Source: a virus
Lineage: Duplodnaviria > Caudoviricetes
Direction: 5' to 3' (one strand)
Virus record (IMG/VR): IMGVR_UViG_3300020258_000011
Span: 1-42,408 of that record
DNA: 42,408 nt
Shown: one piece after another, positions 42,323-42,408 of the stretch
Layout of the letters: every line of letters starts with the position of its first letter
How positions within the stretch are numbered: the stretch's first letter is position 1
Notes under the pieces: model-generated
The model's database searches: none
What the model saw: the letters and a program-made list of their open reading frames with translations, nothing else
What the model was told of the DNA's origin: nothing
Program-made: the position numbers and the translations under genes

Positions 42323-42408
42323 CCACGCCTTACCAGGACTAAACAGCGTGTCTAAACAACAGTCCTTCATACCCACTCTGGAGGGTAGAGTGGGAATACT
42401 ATACCCAG
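42323..42408 (+). ncRNA. PhotoRC-II-like leader RNA (probably a psbA 5' UTR, truncated by the window end)
   Basis: CACGC/GCGTG stem, AGGACT/AGTCCT pseudoknot pairing, CCCACTCT-GGAGGGT-AGAGTGGG hairpin. Confidence 0.65.

Noticed and set aside
1-42408. CRISPR array, transposase, integrase or long tandem repeats
   Set aside because: None seen by eye; only short coding repeats and paralog pairs

Overview
A 42.4 kb segment of a T4-like cyanomyovirus (probably a Synechococcus-type phage), almost entirely + strand. In order it holds: a DNA methyltransferase and putative head-internal/virion proteins; primase (gp61), nrdA, nrdB, a GIY-YIG protein and an SleB-type wall hydrolase; seven tRNAs interleaved with several structured ncRNA candidates; a ~15 kb, 19-gene sugar-nucleotide/glycosyltransferase island (GT11, GT6, GT25, HddA/HddC-like heptose enzymes); an outer-membrane protein, two hli genes, petE, talC and many small membrane ORFs; a convergent module of secreted proteins; a 2OG-Fe(II) oxygenase; a 1043-aa modular protein; and a PhotoRC-II-like leader suggesting psbA lies just past the window end. 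The main unexplained signal is that the DNA strongly avoids CpG, yet the rare CpG-rich patches inside conserved genes repeatedly coincide with nested +1-frame ORFs encoding small, mostly membrane, proteins, several preceded by TAAATA late-promoter motifs or Shine-Dalgarno sites. Two candidate programmed -1 frameshifts and an anti-SD-looped hairpin between tRNAs were also found. All calls were made by eye, with no database searches.
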